A DNA stretch of 64,000 bases from the human T2T-CHM13v2.0 reference genome, Homo sapiens. The stretch is taken from the NCBI RefSeq assembly GCF_009914755.1, contig NC_060947.1; one strand, written 5' to 3'. Position 1 is the first letter of the stretch, and each line of letters opens with the position of its first letter. The translations under genes and the position numbers were made by a program. Under the pieces are notes generated by a model. That model saw only the letters and a program-made list of their open reading frames with translations. It was not told where the DNA came from and did no database searches. This document shows positions 30,639 to 44,974 of the stretch, one piece after another.

Positions 30639-31619
30639 TGTTGTATGATAATATTGTGTTAAAGTTGATTTCCTTGGGTGTGGTGATGATGGTGCGGTGG
30701 TGTACGAAAATATCCCTGTTCTTAGAAGGTGAATAGTAAAGTACTTAGGGGTGGTGTGTCATGAGGTGTGTCTGTAACCCACTTTTCAGATGGTTTGGCA
30801 AAATGGGAGGGAAGGAGGGAGGGAGAGAGAGAATGTGTGTGAGTTTGTGTGTATGTAGAATAGGTGATTCTGTGCATTGCTGCTCAGTTCTTAGCATAGC
30901 ACTCAGCACATTGCTTTTGATAGGGAGGTGCCCAACCAAAACTTGTTAAACTAACAAGTACTTTAAGGTTTTAGTAGGATTCTCTGAAATCACACCTCAG
31001 CACTGCCTGTCTGCCCTCTCTTTAGCAGTGTCATTTGGCTTAGGCATATACTATAATGCCTAATGTTGGGTAATCAGATATGGGGGTTCATGTTTTCTTG
31101 AGTAGCTCACCCATGTCCCTCTGGACTGAAAGTCTCTCTTGAATGTTACAGTATAAATGAATGGGAAAGGAAAACCCAGCATAGAGGTTGACCTGCGTGT
31201 TCAGCTGTTCCCTGAGAGGCTGAGGTACAATTTGTAAGCATGTACTTCAGATTCTCTTCTGTATTTCTGTTGCTGAGTTTGCCCACTTGGGGAGGGTTGA
31301 CACCTCCTGGGGCTGTGCTGAGTAGGAGGTGCATCTCTGGAGTTCTGACTGGCTGGAGCATCACTGAGGTATTCTCCTGGGCTATGAGGGCTAGGGCCAG
31401 GATAAAGAATGGTGGATGCCTTTCCTTATGCCTTGATCCTAACCGGTACCCTCTTAGCTGAGCAGGAAGGGAACAGAGAAATTAATATTCTCTTATATTC
31501 CTGCAGGAACTCTTATGGCTATATGGTGTGAGATGACTAAAGCCAATTTAGCAGCTACTTGTAAAAGTAATAAAAATGGAGGGGAAGAAGAAAGATTCTG
31601 ATGCAACAGGCTGTGAAGA

Positions 31620-32250
31620 CTAATTCAACATTTATTTATTGAGCTACTGAGCATATAGCAGGCATAGTAAAGTATGAGTCCTGGGGGATACAAATAATAA
31701 GAATATACCCTCGCTTTCTGCTGGGCACTTAGGGCATAGGGAAAGGAGATGGGCTACAGTGGAGATAATTATCAAAATACCAATTGTGCTGTGTTGCAAG
31801 GCTAGGGATGTGTTAGAAAGCTAGTAAAAAGTGTTATGGGAATGCAGAGAACATGCCATGTGGAATTGACTACAGTTTCAAAGATAAGGTTGGTCTTGAG
31901 GTGACTTGAAGAATGAGCCTGGCAGGCAAAGAAATGGGCATCTGGTGTGACTAAAGTCTTAATTAGCTGTAGGGTGGGGAGGAGAGAGACATGACGATGT
32001 TGGAAAGGTAGTTTGGGCCAGACAGGAGGGCCTCAGAAGCCATGCTTGGTTTCACAGGAAGGGCGTGAAGAGTCCCAGAAGCCCTTTGAAGTTGGAGGGT
32101 GATGTGGTTTTGATAAGAGGTCACGGAGGGAATGTAGAAGCTGGTGTGTGAAGGTGTGTGAGTCTGGAGACAGGACTTGAAACAGTCGAGGCGAGAGCAA
32201 AGAATCTGGATTTTGCTAGCTGCAGCAGAGGGAGAGTAGAAAATGGGGTG
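31620..32250 (-). mobile_element. L2 fragment
   Basis: attcaacatttatttattgagc start and purine-rich L2 body. Confidence 0.6.
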
Positions 32251-33469
32251 CTCTTGGAGAATTCTTCCAGCCCCTCCTACTAGGAGTTTTTACATTTTCA
32301 AATCTTTCTAAGGAAACCTTTAATAATACTTGAGAGAAGCTTATTTAAACCTTTGAACAGTTCTGAAAATGTATTACATTTCAGCCAGGAAAGAAAGTAT
32401 TATTTCAGGCAAACTGGAACATGGTTACTCAGCACAGTCGCCTAATCTTATAGAATTAGGTAGGAGGGAAGCTATGTTAGTGGCCTTCAACCTTCTTCCA
32501 GAACTTTGTTCAGATTTCTCCCAAATGGTCGGTGAATTTTTCTGATTTGTATCCAGCATCCCAGCCATTTAGTGTACATCCGTAAGCTGTAAGGAAGTTG
32601 ATTTAATCTATTTCTTTTTTTCATCTCTTGCCTTCCACCTGAGAAAACACTACTCCATAGGTTCTTATTCTGTATTAGGAATTTGCACAATGTGTAACCT
32701 AAGATGGATCCAGCTGGGAGTTGGATCCAGCTGGGAGTGTTACAGGTTTGGAGTTTAGACTAAAGAAGAGGAGTGGAATCTTTTCATTTTTTTCCCCTTT
32801 ATTTTGAGGAAAGCCCAGTGATTTGGATTGTTTGAAGGATCAATTATATCAAATATCTCCACTAATTGAGTATCTGGGATAAACTTTTTTTTTCACCTTA
32901 TTTTCTTTAGATACCATTAAGCATTTCGACCCACAACTTACAGCTTTTCCATGGAGATTTTAAACTTAGAAAACTTTGAACCTTGATGAATGAAAAAAAC
33001 CTTTCAGAACTAACCTTTTTTTTTTTTTTTTGATTCAGAAGTCCATGTGTAAGTTCCAAAGGCTTATAATTCTTTTCTCTTCCTTGAGGCTTGACTATTT
33101 CAGAACGTTCTTGGTATGTCTCTTGGAGGTTTGGTGTACAAAGAGCAAGGAAAGTAACCTATGGGCTTAACTCACTTATGTGTATATATTCTACTTTGGC
33201 TCCAAAGCAATGATTCTAGTGGTGATATGGGACCAAGGGACAGATTTCAAGGTAAATAAGGCTGTTTACTAATGTCAGATTAAGGTATTAGTCTTCAAGT
33301 ACCATAAATGTTTTACTAGCAATTTCAGTTACCTGTAGTAAAGAGCTTTCCAGTTCCATGTGGTAGTTATGGTAAAGGAGCAACTGAAAGTTAACTTGAT
33401 AGTAGATTAACACTCACTGAAAATATAGTTGTTATTTTTTCACATACCAAGGATTACAATGTCTTTTTT

Positions 33470-33598
33470 TTTTCTATTTTTAAAATAGAGACAGGGTCTT
33501 GCTATGTTGCCCATAGTCTTGAACTCTTGGCCTCAAGCGATCTTCCTTGAGGCCTCCCAAAGTGCTGAGGTTATAGGCATGAGCCATTGTGCCCGGCC
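33470..33598 (-). mobile_element. FLAM / Alu left monomer
   Basis: tagagacagggtcttgctatgttgccc...gagccattgtgcccggcc. Confidence 0.8.
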
Positions 33599-34820
33599 TA
33601 CAATTTCTTAATATTAGGAGTTATTTTGCAAGACAACTATCTCAATGTTGGAACTACACTAATGTTGGTGTGTTTTTTTCCTTGTGTGGGATAGTCTGTA
33701 TCTTAAGATGTGTAATGTATATATTCACAATAAGGGCTACATTATAAAATTCAGAGACATTTTATTTTTGAGGTAGGTTTCATTCACTTAATTGAGAATT
33801 TGTTGACTGTATCTTGGGTGCCTATCCTTATGCTAGGAGATGAATGGAAGTTGCCCCCTGCCATTGAAGAGAAGACATTTTAATGGGAGGCAGAGATAAA
33901 CAGATAATTAATTATAATGTGATACATTTGGAAATAGTCACAAAAAACTTGAATATGGAGATTTTCAAAAGTACAAAGAATAGGATATTGAACCCTCATG
34001 AACCCACTACCAAACTTCAACAATTACTAACTCTTGGTTATGCTTGTTTCACCCATGTGCCCCACCTCCTCCCTTCCCCCTTTTATTTTGAAGCAAGTCT
34101 AAGACACTGTATCATGTGATGGACATTAATAGATACTTGGATAGAGTACTCTGAGAATACACTGGGAAAACATACTGTATCGGGACAGGGAAAGGAGCTA
34201 CAGAAAAGTAACATTTGAGTTCAATCTAGGTGGGGAGGAGGATGTTGTTCCAGGTGATGGGATGGAAACTGACAATTATTACAATGTCTTGAAAAATGTG
34301 TATATACAACTTTTTTGTTCCTCTGAACTGAGCACCCAAGATGTAATTTCCAAGATTAGGAAATTGTTTTGCCTGAGGACTTTATAAAAATAATTAATTC
34401 ACTTTTAATTTAGATAAACTAGAATAATCCATGAGTAGTGGTAATGACTAATCTGTTCTCTTTTCACCCCAGTGACTTTCTAGACTTTGAACATTAGAAT
34501 CCACTCCCTGAAAAAGTCACTCTCCTTTGTAACTAGAGCAACAGCTATCCTTTGTCACCTTTATTTTTCTCTTTGGAAGAGGAGGAATAATCAGTGGCTC
34601 ACTTCTGAAACATCATGAATAGGTAGAATTTAGTAATCTGAATTAAAAACCTCCCTGTAAACTGAAGGAAGAGGAAATTGACCAGTGGGCACACAGAGGT
34701 TCTCAAGGGACTTTTTTGGTTAGCCACTAGGTGAAATCCTTGATATTTCATCATGTACCTTGTCTCATTTTCCTGTTGTGAAATTGGGTGTTCAGCATTG
34801 TTTTTCTTGTCTGTTCTCAG

Positions 34821-34944
34821 ATCACAGAACTGTGTGGTGCAAAGCGGGTTGGTTATTTTGGTCCAACACAGTTTTACATTGCCCTGAAATTAATTGCTGC
34901 AGCACAATCTGGCCTCCCGGTACGGATAGAGAGTATTAAATGTG
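34821..34944 (+). CDS. REPS2: REPS2 internal coding exon (probably exon 2; N-terminal EH-like region), 124 nt, phase 0->1
   Basis: Acceptor ttcttgtctgttctcag|ATC, donor TGTG|gtgagt. Translates [41 protein letters not shown], which I recognise as REPS family (REPS2). Confidence 0.95.
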
Positions 34945-36352
34945 GTGAGTATCTCACATTTGTATGTTTTATTGTCCATGGCGAGTCGCTCATTTATGAG
35001 AACCATTTTTAATGAGTTTAAACTTTTGTGGAATTTCTCCTTGCTTCCTCCAACTCTTCTGCAAAATAAAATAAGAAAACTTGGCAGGTAGGTAGCTTAG
35101 TTTCTTTCTTTTTTAAATGGGGAAAATTCTGAGAGTAACCTGAGATTAGTTCATTTTAACTGATTTGCAGTTAAAATAGATTTTATTCTTTAGCAGGAAG
35201 AGATTGGGCCAGGAATTCTAGAGCCTGTGGCAAATAATCACATTGACTTTAATTTTCCACTTGAGGTATCTATAATGTTATTGAAGGCTCTGTTAGAGGA
35301 GTAACAAGGGAGTTTGAGTGGAACTATGCCTTTTCTCTTTCCCATACCTGCCAGTGCTCAGCCTTTAATTCTTAGTTTCCAAAGCACTGTTCTGATGCTA
35401 GTAAGTACTTGGGTGCTACCAAAATTTTGGCAGAATGAATTTATCTTCTTAAGGTTCTGATTTAATATTTTCTCATCTTGCCATCCCTGCCCTCAACCCA
35501 CTGTATGCTTGAGCACTTTCTACAATTTAAACAAAAAGCAAAACCCCCAACTATTAGCAGTATTTCTGCTGCCTCAGGATTGGTTTTAAAAATCTGTATG
35601 AAAAAGGTGATTATTCAAGGGGTGTGCCAAGGTCCTCTGATAATTCAGTTTGATACAGATTACTTTCATATGTCCATACAGGTATGTAGGAACTTTTTTT
35701 CTTTTTCTCATTCTGAGACTAAAAACCTCTTAACTGCTCATGCCTGTCCTGTGAAGTCTCTGATAGACATACAAGTGGATTCAGGATTTATGGTGAGCCC
35801 ATGGAAACCTCGTAGGACAATCCAAATGGCCGAGAAGATTGCCATAGATGGCTGGCTGTGGAAGACCAAGCCCTTCACACTAACCGTCAGCAGGTGGCAG
35901 TCATCATGCTAATCTTTATCAGGGGGCTAGCTTGTGCCAGACACTTTCATTTAATCCTCATGACACCCTACTAAATTAGGTACTTGTGTCAGTTTGATTG
36001 CTTAGGATAAGCTGCGATAACAAATGTCACAATCTCAGTGCCTCAACCAGACAGAGGTTCGTTTTCCACTTTGCAGTGGGTCAGGGTGACCCTCCAGGGC
36101 AGCTGCCCTCTATGTGGTGACCATGTGATCCTGGCTGCTTTATCTTGTGGCACCTCCCAACACAACACCTGTTCCCATAATCGCCACACCAGGGAAAGAG
36201 TATCTCACCCTAGCGGTTAAATGCTTTGGCCCAGACATGACTGAAGTTATTGCTGCCCACACTGCATTGGCCAGAACTTGTCACATTAATCTGCTTCAGT
36301 GCAGAGCAGGTGGGAGAACACAATTCTCTCCTGTGCCTGCAAGGAGAGGACA

Positions 36353-36435
36353 ACTGCGAGTCTCTACTATGGCTGCACACTGCAAGTCTCTACTATGGTT
36401 ATGGCTGCACACTGCAGGTCTCTACTATGGTGCTG
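36353..36435 (+). repeat. Short minisatellite, about 26-bp unit x3
   Basis: actgc(g/a)(a/g)gtctctactatggctgcac repeated three times. Confidence 0.85.
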
Positions 36436-37757
36436 CCGTTGTTCGTATCTTACAAGTATGGAAATTTGAACTTTAGGGAGGTTGAGTAACTTACCTAAGA
36501 ATATAAGGTTAGTAGAATTTGGAGCCAGGATCTACTTCCAGTCCCCATGCTCTTAATTTCTATGCAAAATAGCCTTGTCTCAATTTTTTCTATTTAGTAA
36601 GATGCTGACAGTAATCTGTTATACAATATTTTCTGAATGGGAAAAATATTGGACTTGAAAGGCATCTCTTGGTATGACAGAATTTTGTTCTTTGAAATAG
36701 GTTTCTTGATGGAGTGTCATTTGACAGGCAGGCTTAGTATTCATTGCTGCAAGACACAGCGGCCATTTGCTTTGATTAGTTGAAAGTTGCATCACACTGA
36801 ATTTGGATTTGTGGTAGGCACTGATAGTTTTTATTCCATTGTAAATGATCATTAAGCTTTATTATAGTATCTTCCAATTTTATCTTCTGGAAAAGTTAGA
36901 GCTGCTTTATTGTATACAGAATAAACTTTTGACACTTTTGTTACTTATTTTAAGTTAGACCTAAGTCTTTTACCTGATTTGTGCCCAGATTGACAGTTTA
37001 ATTTCCTGAGGGCAGGGAGCAGGATTGTTGAAGTTATCACTTGTGTAAAGGATTAACAGTTTATCACAAATATAAGGCTTTCTCAGTTTTATTTTATAAA
37101 CCCAGTTGCTGCCTTTTACCTCTGAGAGTTTATATATGTCCAGAGTTAATTCTGAATTATCTTCCTTCACCACTCTCTACTAATCCATTTAAAGATTGAT
37201 TAAATAAAATTATTTGCAGTTAGCATATGTTGAATAAGAATTAGGGCAAGATTGGGCCAAACTTTGAGCTGCCACTTAGAATTTTCCAGTTTGTTGCTTG
37301 AAATCTATTAGCTTAATGCTTGATGACACAAATCTTGAAGGCCAAAGGGATCACTCTGTGAGAACCTAATCTGAAAGGCTGTGCTAGCCCTGTCACACCC
37401 AGGGCATCATACCCAGGGAGTTGTGGATGGATACCCTTATGTCATGAATAACATGCACCTGTGTGTATGTGCGTGACCCTCTAATCCCTAGTCCTTCCCA
37501 TTTCGGTAAATGCCACCACCATCCTCAGCTGCACAAGCCAGAAACTCAGCAGCCATCCTGGATTCCTCCTTTTCCCTCACTCCTTAATAGAATCCATCAA
37601 AAGTCCTAGCAATGTGGCTCCAATCTCACTCCCTGTTGCCTCTATCTCTTTGTCCCTGCTAGACCAGACAACCTTCATCTACTTACCTGGACACCACAAT
37701 GGATTGACATCCTAGCCCCTCCTCTCTTCTCTACTGTGATCTCTCTTTTCCCACTGG

Positions 37758-38337
<580 letters not shown>

Positions 38338-39434
38338 TGATCTTTTCAAAATACACAGCAGATTATTCCATCCTCATCCTTTAAACCCTCCAGTAGTCTG
38401 CTTGTTGTACTTTGTAAAACATTCAAAGTCCCTACACTGATCTGTAACACCCTACACAATCTAGTTCTTGCCTACTTTTCCATCCTCATCTCAAATCTTA
38501 AACCCTTGCTCACTACCTGTTCCCCAGTCTCAGTGGCCTTCTAGCCATTTCTGGGTGACTTTTCCTGCTGCAGGCCATATGTCCATTTTATCTTGCAGTC
38601 TTGGGTTCCTAGGGATCTGTTTTTCCTTTCTGCTTCCCCTGGTTGGCTCCTTCCCAACCTTCAGGATTCAGAGTCTGTCCCTACTATCCTACCTAAAGTA
38701 GTTCTGTCAGATTCATTAATTCATGAAGGAACCAGCATATGGTAAAACTGGCTCAAGAAAGTATAGAGAGTCAGATTTATTTATAGTCATAGAAAGAAAG
38801 GATGCTGGAATAGAATTGCTAAATTAGGTATAAAGCTAATTAACGCCCTACGGGGTAATACAAGTGCAGCCTGGCTATTGTACTTTTTTCTAAGATGAAA
38901 GTATTTGCATTGCCGTCAGACAAGAATTACTTGTTAGCTAACAGTTTTTTCCAAGTTAATATCTACCCTTTCAGGATTATCAAATGCCCAACCAAGAGTA
39001 AACAGTAACTCAGAGCAGAAGTCCATATCCCTAGGAAGTGAGGTGATCCTTGGGTGGGCCTGCTGGGTAATGCTTCTGCAGGGCAATCTCCTCCCCACTT
39101 TGTTCTTTCCCAGCATCTGTTTCCTGATAGCACTTAGCAGAGTTTGCAAATATTCCTTACAGGTTTCACTATTTTTTTTGTCTGTCTTCCTCACTTGTCC
39201 AGTTTGTGTAAGGGGGAGGGAAGAGGATCTGACACCCCTTGCATTGTGGGGCATTATAGGCACTCTGTGTGTATTGGTTGAATGAATGAATGAAGAGGTG
39301 CATGTCTACGCATGAGGAGGGTGTCTTAATCATCTGCCACTCTTTAATCTAAAACGATTGGAATTCAGATTCTCCTGGAACTCCAGAGGAGTTTTTACAG
39401 AAGTCATCTCAGTCTGCATATCATCTTTCTTAGG

Positions 39435-39625
39435 CACTGATTTTCAACCTTGTCGGCACTTGAGAACCACCTGGAGAGCTTTAAATATAAAATAAAAAAA
39501 TACAGATGCCTGGGTCCATCTCCAGAAATTCTAATTTCATATATCTGCAGTCCGGTCTGAGCATCAGAATTTTTAACAGCTCTCCAGGTGATTTTTGTAT
39601 GGAGACATGTTTAAGAATAAAAGCT
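39435..39625. mobile_element. MER5A
   Basis: gagaaccacctggagagctttaa...catcagaatttttaacagctctccaggtgattt. Confidence 0.75.
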
Positions 39626-39699
39626 GCATCAAGCATTTTTAAGAGCTTTGCTTAAACTGTGTGTGTGTGTGTGTGTGTAGTTACAGTAGCTGCATCTGA

Positions 39700-39840
39700 A
39701 CTAGGGTGCTGTACGACACAGGGCACATGATTTAAGGGGGCACTTACTCTCAGGGCAAGTGCCGACTCTACATTTACACCACCCTGAGAGTGTGTGCCTC
39801 CTTAAATGTTGGCACTAGGTATCTCTCTAGCCCCACCCTC
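39700..39840. mobile_element. MER91-like palindromic MITE
   Basis: Inverted arms 39731-39756 and 39781-39806. Confidence 0.6.
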
Positions 39841-40211
39841 GTCTGAGTTGGGGTTAAACAGATGGCAAAACAGCTAGGGCAGAAGGAAAGAAGGTGAAAA
39901 TTAAGGACTGGTAGAGAATTTCTGATGAGGAAATCATGTGGTGAACATTTGCCCTGGGACCTGCTGTTACCTTTCTTTCCAGGGTCTGAAGTTGAGCACG
40001 TGTGAGGACTGAGGGAAGGTTAGGCAGAACCTAGAGTAGGGTTTCTCATCATTTTTGTGCCAGGAGCCCCTTTGGCAGTCTGAAGCCTGTGGGCCCTTTC
40101 TCAGAATTATGTTTTAAATGCAACAAAGACATAAGATTATAATGGAAACCAATTATACTGAAATAATCACTAAAATAGTTAAATTGTTATATAACAACAT
40201 ACATGCTTCTA

Positions 40212-40567
40212 GGCCTGGCACAGTTTCTCATGCCTGTAATCCCAGCACTTTGGGAGGCCGAGGTGGGCGGATCACTTGAGGCCAGGAGTTCGGGACCAGC
40301 CCGGCAAATGTGGTGAAACCTTGTCTCTACTAAGTTCGAGACCAGCCTGGCCAGCATGGTGAAACCTTGTCTCTACTAAAAATACAAAAATTAGCCGGGT
40401 GTAGTGGCACATGCCTGTAATCCCTGCTACTCAGGAGGCTGAGGCAGGAGACTAGCTTAAACCCAGGAGGTGGAGGTTGCAGTGAGTCGAGATTGTGCCA
40501 CTGCACTCCAGCCTGGGCAACAGAGTGAGACTATATCTCAAAAAAAAAAAAAAAAACCAACCCCCAA
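40212..40567 (+). mobile_element. AluS with a 46-bp internal tandem duplication
   Basis: gttcg(g/a)gaccagcc...gaaaccttgtctctactaa occurs twice (40288-40333 and 40334-40379); TSD aacatacatgcttct / aacatatatgcttct. Confidence 0.92.
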
Positions 40568-40675
40568 AACATATATGCTTCTTTATTAATGCATTAAATA
40601 AAGCATCTAACAGTGTTTGAAATAACCACTACTTTTTCAAATTAGTAATATGCATAAACAGTACTTCAAGATGTT

Positions 40676-41063
<388 letters not shown>

Positions 41064-41609
41064 CTACATTCATAATGGAAAGAAATGCTAAATTTCAGTT
41101 ATAGTAGGGAAAATGAAGTTGTAATTTTTTTTTTTTTCCTAATCAAGGTGACAGACCCCGTGATTTCTTTTCACTAGTCCCTTTGGGAGCCTGTGAACTC
41201 TGATGGTGCAATGACATGATTCATGTAGTCTTTGGGGCTGTGTTCCCCAAACTGGTTTATGGTCTGGTTGCAGTCTGGCACAGTTTAGAATTAGGACAAA
41301 AGGATGAGTTATTTATAAAGCTAAATGTATTCAAATCTAAGATTGGGTTTTTTTTGGTTCCTCTTGTTAAGTGTCCTTTGTGAAACTGCTAATGGGTAAT
41401 AGTTTGGGGTAAAATTCTTGACGAGATAAAACATTGGCAACTTTATGTTGGCTTTCTTCATTTCTTTTTTTGTTGTTGTTGGGGGAGAGATTTTTCCTAT
41501 TTTGTGAAATCCCCAAATTTGTGAGCCACTGTTGTGGTCACGATTCTACTGCCAAGAAGATACTGAGGCAAATCATTGAATTCCCTTTGACTCCTCCCTT
41601 ATCTGCAAA

Positions 41610-41832
41610 ACAGTTGTTCTCCACCTAGGTGATTTCGTCCCTTTAGGGACTTTCGGCAAGGTGAGGAGACATTTTTGGTTGTCCCAGCTGCGGAAGGGGA
41701 CTGCCTGGCATCTAGCCGGTAGAGGCCAGGGATGCTGCTCAACACCCTACACTGCAGAGGACAGGACCCCCTCTTCCAACAACAACAAACTTATCTAATC
41801 TAAAATGCCAGTAATGTTGAGACTGAGAAAGC
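41610..41832 (+). mobile_element. MER20
   Basis: ggagacatttttggttgtc...ctggcatctagccggtagaggccagggatgctgctcaacaccctaca. Confidence 0.8.
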
Positions 41833-42202
41833 CTTCTGTAAAATAAGGATCAAGACTTAGGAACTCTAATCCTGCTGCCTTGCTTCCTGTGCTCTAGTTA
41901 GTTTTTTTGTTTTTTTAATCATACAAGAAAGGTAGAAGGATTTTGCAGCATTGAGTCCTATTTCTGTGGCTTTTGTTTTCAAAGAAGAATTATTTTATTC
42001 AAGGAAAAATAAAAGCAGTTATTCTCTGGTTGAATTGAGGGTGGGGTTCCCTGTGCTTTGCCTATTTGACAAACCCTCCCTATCTCTTAGGGCTAGGAGA
42101 GAAATCTTTTGAGTGTGACAACCAGTTTGGTAATTCATAGAAAAGACAGGATAGGAAGCCCAAGGGTAAAGAAAGAAGCCCAGGAGGTAAGGTTGTAGCT
42201 GG

Positions 42203-42205
<3 letters not shown>

Positions 42206-42238
<33 letters not shown>
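42206..42238 (+). repeat. (TG)16 microsatellite
   Basis: Read directly from the sequence. Confidence 0.97.
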
Positions 42239-42240
<2 letters not shown>

Positions 42241-43959
42241 ACACAGTGTCTCTGTATTTTGAACACTAAATACTATGTTGGGATGTCTCATTAAGCTAAG
42301 GTCAACTCATCCTTTCTGACTGACGTCCAACCCAATCCCCCTTTCCTTTTTTTTCCTCAGTGTTCCTTTGTCAATTTCCTTTACCCCCTCTCCCAGCCCT
42401 GCTACAGGGACACAGAGCTGCTTTGGACAAAGTTCGCCTATGCAGGTTCACTGACTGTACGGCTGGACATTTGTGTTTTCTAGGGGTCTGTCCCTCTACC
42501 CCATAGCACTGTCATTAGCTCTATTGTTGCTCCTCCCCAAAGGTTCTCCCCAACCTTTTGAGCTGTGGATTTTCACCTTATTTGTAAAAATCTTTGTTGT
42601 GGGATTCTTTGACAATCTAGTAAAAGCTCTGGATCTTAGCAGGAAAATACACATTGACATTATGTAAAAAATGTTGCCTTCAATGTCAGGGGTTTCTGGA
42701 CCCCTAGAGCTGGTTCATGGAGCCCAGTGAAGAGCCCTTCTTCCAGAGAAATGCAGTGTATGGGATGGATATAGAGGAGGTAAGTTGGAAGATGCATAGT
42801 GGGGAAATTGAAGGCCAAAGAGGTAAAATAAAAGGGATGCTGCTTGCTAGCAGCAGAGCCCAGTGGATTGTGGACCTCCTAACTCACTCCTGGGGTTCTA
42901 CCCGTGGTATGGCCAGGAAATTGAACTTATCCACCATCCTCCTCTGCCAAACATTTACAAGATCACCCTTCCCATTGTAACCTCCACCCCGCCATCTAGC
43001 GATTACCTACCCATTTCCTAATTGACAAGAGGTATTTCAGATCAATGGGCAGATAGGAGGATAATAGGAGACTAGATAGCTTTGATTACTCAGGCCTGGG
43101 TTGATAAGACTGGCCTGATTTTTTTTTTTGTTTTGTTTTTTGTTTTCCCCCAAAGTAACTTCAGGAAAATGTGTAGGGATGGTTTCACTTTGGAATTATA
43201 GAACATTATTGTCATAATTCTTTGTTAACGTATAAGTAGCTGGTATAAGTGAATAGGTAACAAAAAGCAGTGGGAGAGAAGGGAGCCAGCAGTCAGGAGT
43301 CAAGAATTTTTGTTACGGTCTTAGCTCTGCCACTGTATTGCTGCATGACTAAGGCAAGTCTTGCTCTCTCTTTCCTGGGCTTATTTCCTCACCTGCAAAA
43401 TGCAGACATTTGAGCAGGTTTTCTCTAGATTATTTTCTGAAATGCCACAGTTTCATGCTAAATGTTCAAATCTGTACTAGAAAGAATTTTAATGTTCAGG
43501 ATGGTAGTATAGCCTTGTGGCTGGGAATGTAGGTCCTAGCAATAGGCTACCTCATTATGAATCTTTCCTTCATTACCTTTTATTTGTGTGGCCTCCGGCC
43601 AGTTTCTTAATTTCTCTGTTTCAAATGACTCCCTGGAGGAAAAGGTATACCAATAACACCTGCCTTATAGACTTGTTGTAAGCACAAAATCAGGGAATCC
43701 CTTATCAAACATTGTAGAAAAGCATCTACAACTTTGTTATTTAATATCGTAGCCACTTGCCATGTGTGGCTATTGAGCACTTGAAGTGTGGCAGTGTGGC
43801 TAGTGTGACTGAGAAACTGAATTTTTCATTAAATGATTTAAATAAAAGGTTTTAAACAGTGTAAAATATTTTCTGTTAAATGCAACCTTATTGATTTAGT
43901 AGGACCACTTTTCACTTCAACCATCAAATTCTGTAAGACAAGGGTCAACAACCTTTTTC

Positions 43960-44820
43960 TTTTTTTTTCTTCTTTTTTAAATTTTATTTTATTATTATTA
44001 TACTTTAAGTTTTAGGGTACATGTGCACAACGTGCAGGTTTGTTACATATGTATACATGTGCCATGTTGGTGTGCTGCACCCATTAACTCGTCATTTAAC
44101 ATTAGGTATTTCTCCTAACACTATCCCTCCCCCCTTCCCCCACCCCACAACAGTCCCCGGTGTGTGATGTTCCCCTTCCTGTGTCCATGTGTTCTCATTG
44201 TTCAGTTCCCACCTATGAGTGAGAACATGCGGTGTTTGGTTTTTTGTCCTTGCAATAGTTTGCGGAGAATGATGGTTTCCAGCTTCATCCATGTCCCTAC
44301 AAAGGACATGAACTCATCATTTTTTATGGCTGCATAGTATTCCATGGTGTATATGTGCCACATTTTCTTAATCCAGTCTATCATTGTGGGACATTTGGGT
44401 TGGTTCCAAGTCTTTGCTATTGTGAATAGTGCCGCAATAAACACACATGTGCATGTGTCTTTATAGCAGCATGATTTATAATCCTTTGGGTATATACCCA
44501 GTAATGGGATGGCTGGGTCAAATGGTATTTCTAGTTCTAGATCCCTGAGGAATCGCCACACTGACTTCCACAATGATTGAACTAGTTTACAGTCCCACCA
44601 ACAGTGTAAAAGTGTTCCTGTTTCTCCACATCCTCTCCAGCATCTGTTGTTTCCTGACTTTTTGATGATCGCCATTCTAACTGGTGTGAGATGGTGTCTC
44701 TCTGTGGTTTTGATTTGCATTTCTCTGATGGCCAGTGATGATGAGCATTTTTTCATGTGTTTTTTGACTGCGTAAATGTCTTCTTTTGAGAAGTGTCTGT
44801 TCATATCCTTCGCCCACTTT
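43960..44820 (-). mobile_element. 5'-truncated young L1PA (about L1PA3) inserted into a MER58-like element
   Basis: Uninterrupted 200-aa ORF2 C-terminus (44202-44804, ...CWWDCKLVQ...MFSLIGGN) plus 3' UTR; MER58 text agggtcaacaacctttttct resumes as aaagggtcagatag after it. Confidence 0.93.
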
Positions 44821-44974
44821 AAAGGGTCAGATAGACTTTGTGGGCAGTATGATTTTGGTCACAACTACTCAACCCTGTTGTAGTATGAAAGTAGCCATGG
44901 ACAGCATGTAATCAGAGGATCATGGCTGTGTGCTAATAAAACTTTATTTATGAACACTGAAATTTGAATTTTTA

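Noticed and set aside
30805-30823. G-quadruplex motif gggagggaaggagggaggg
   Set aside because: It fits the pattern but lies in a low-complexity repeat tail, and such motifs are very common.
44202-44804. 200-aa ORF as a host gene
   Set aside because: It is the C-terminus of L1 ORF2 in a 5'-truncated L1PA, with no promoter, endonuclease or RT.
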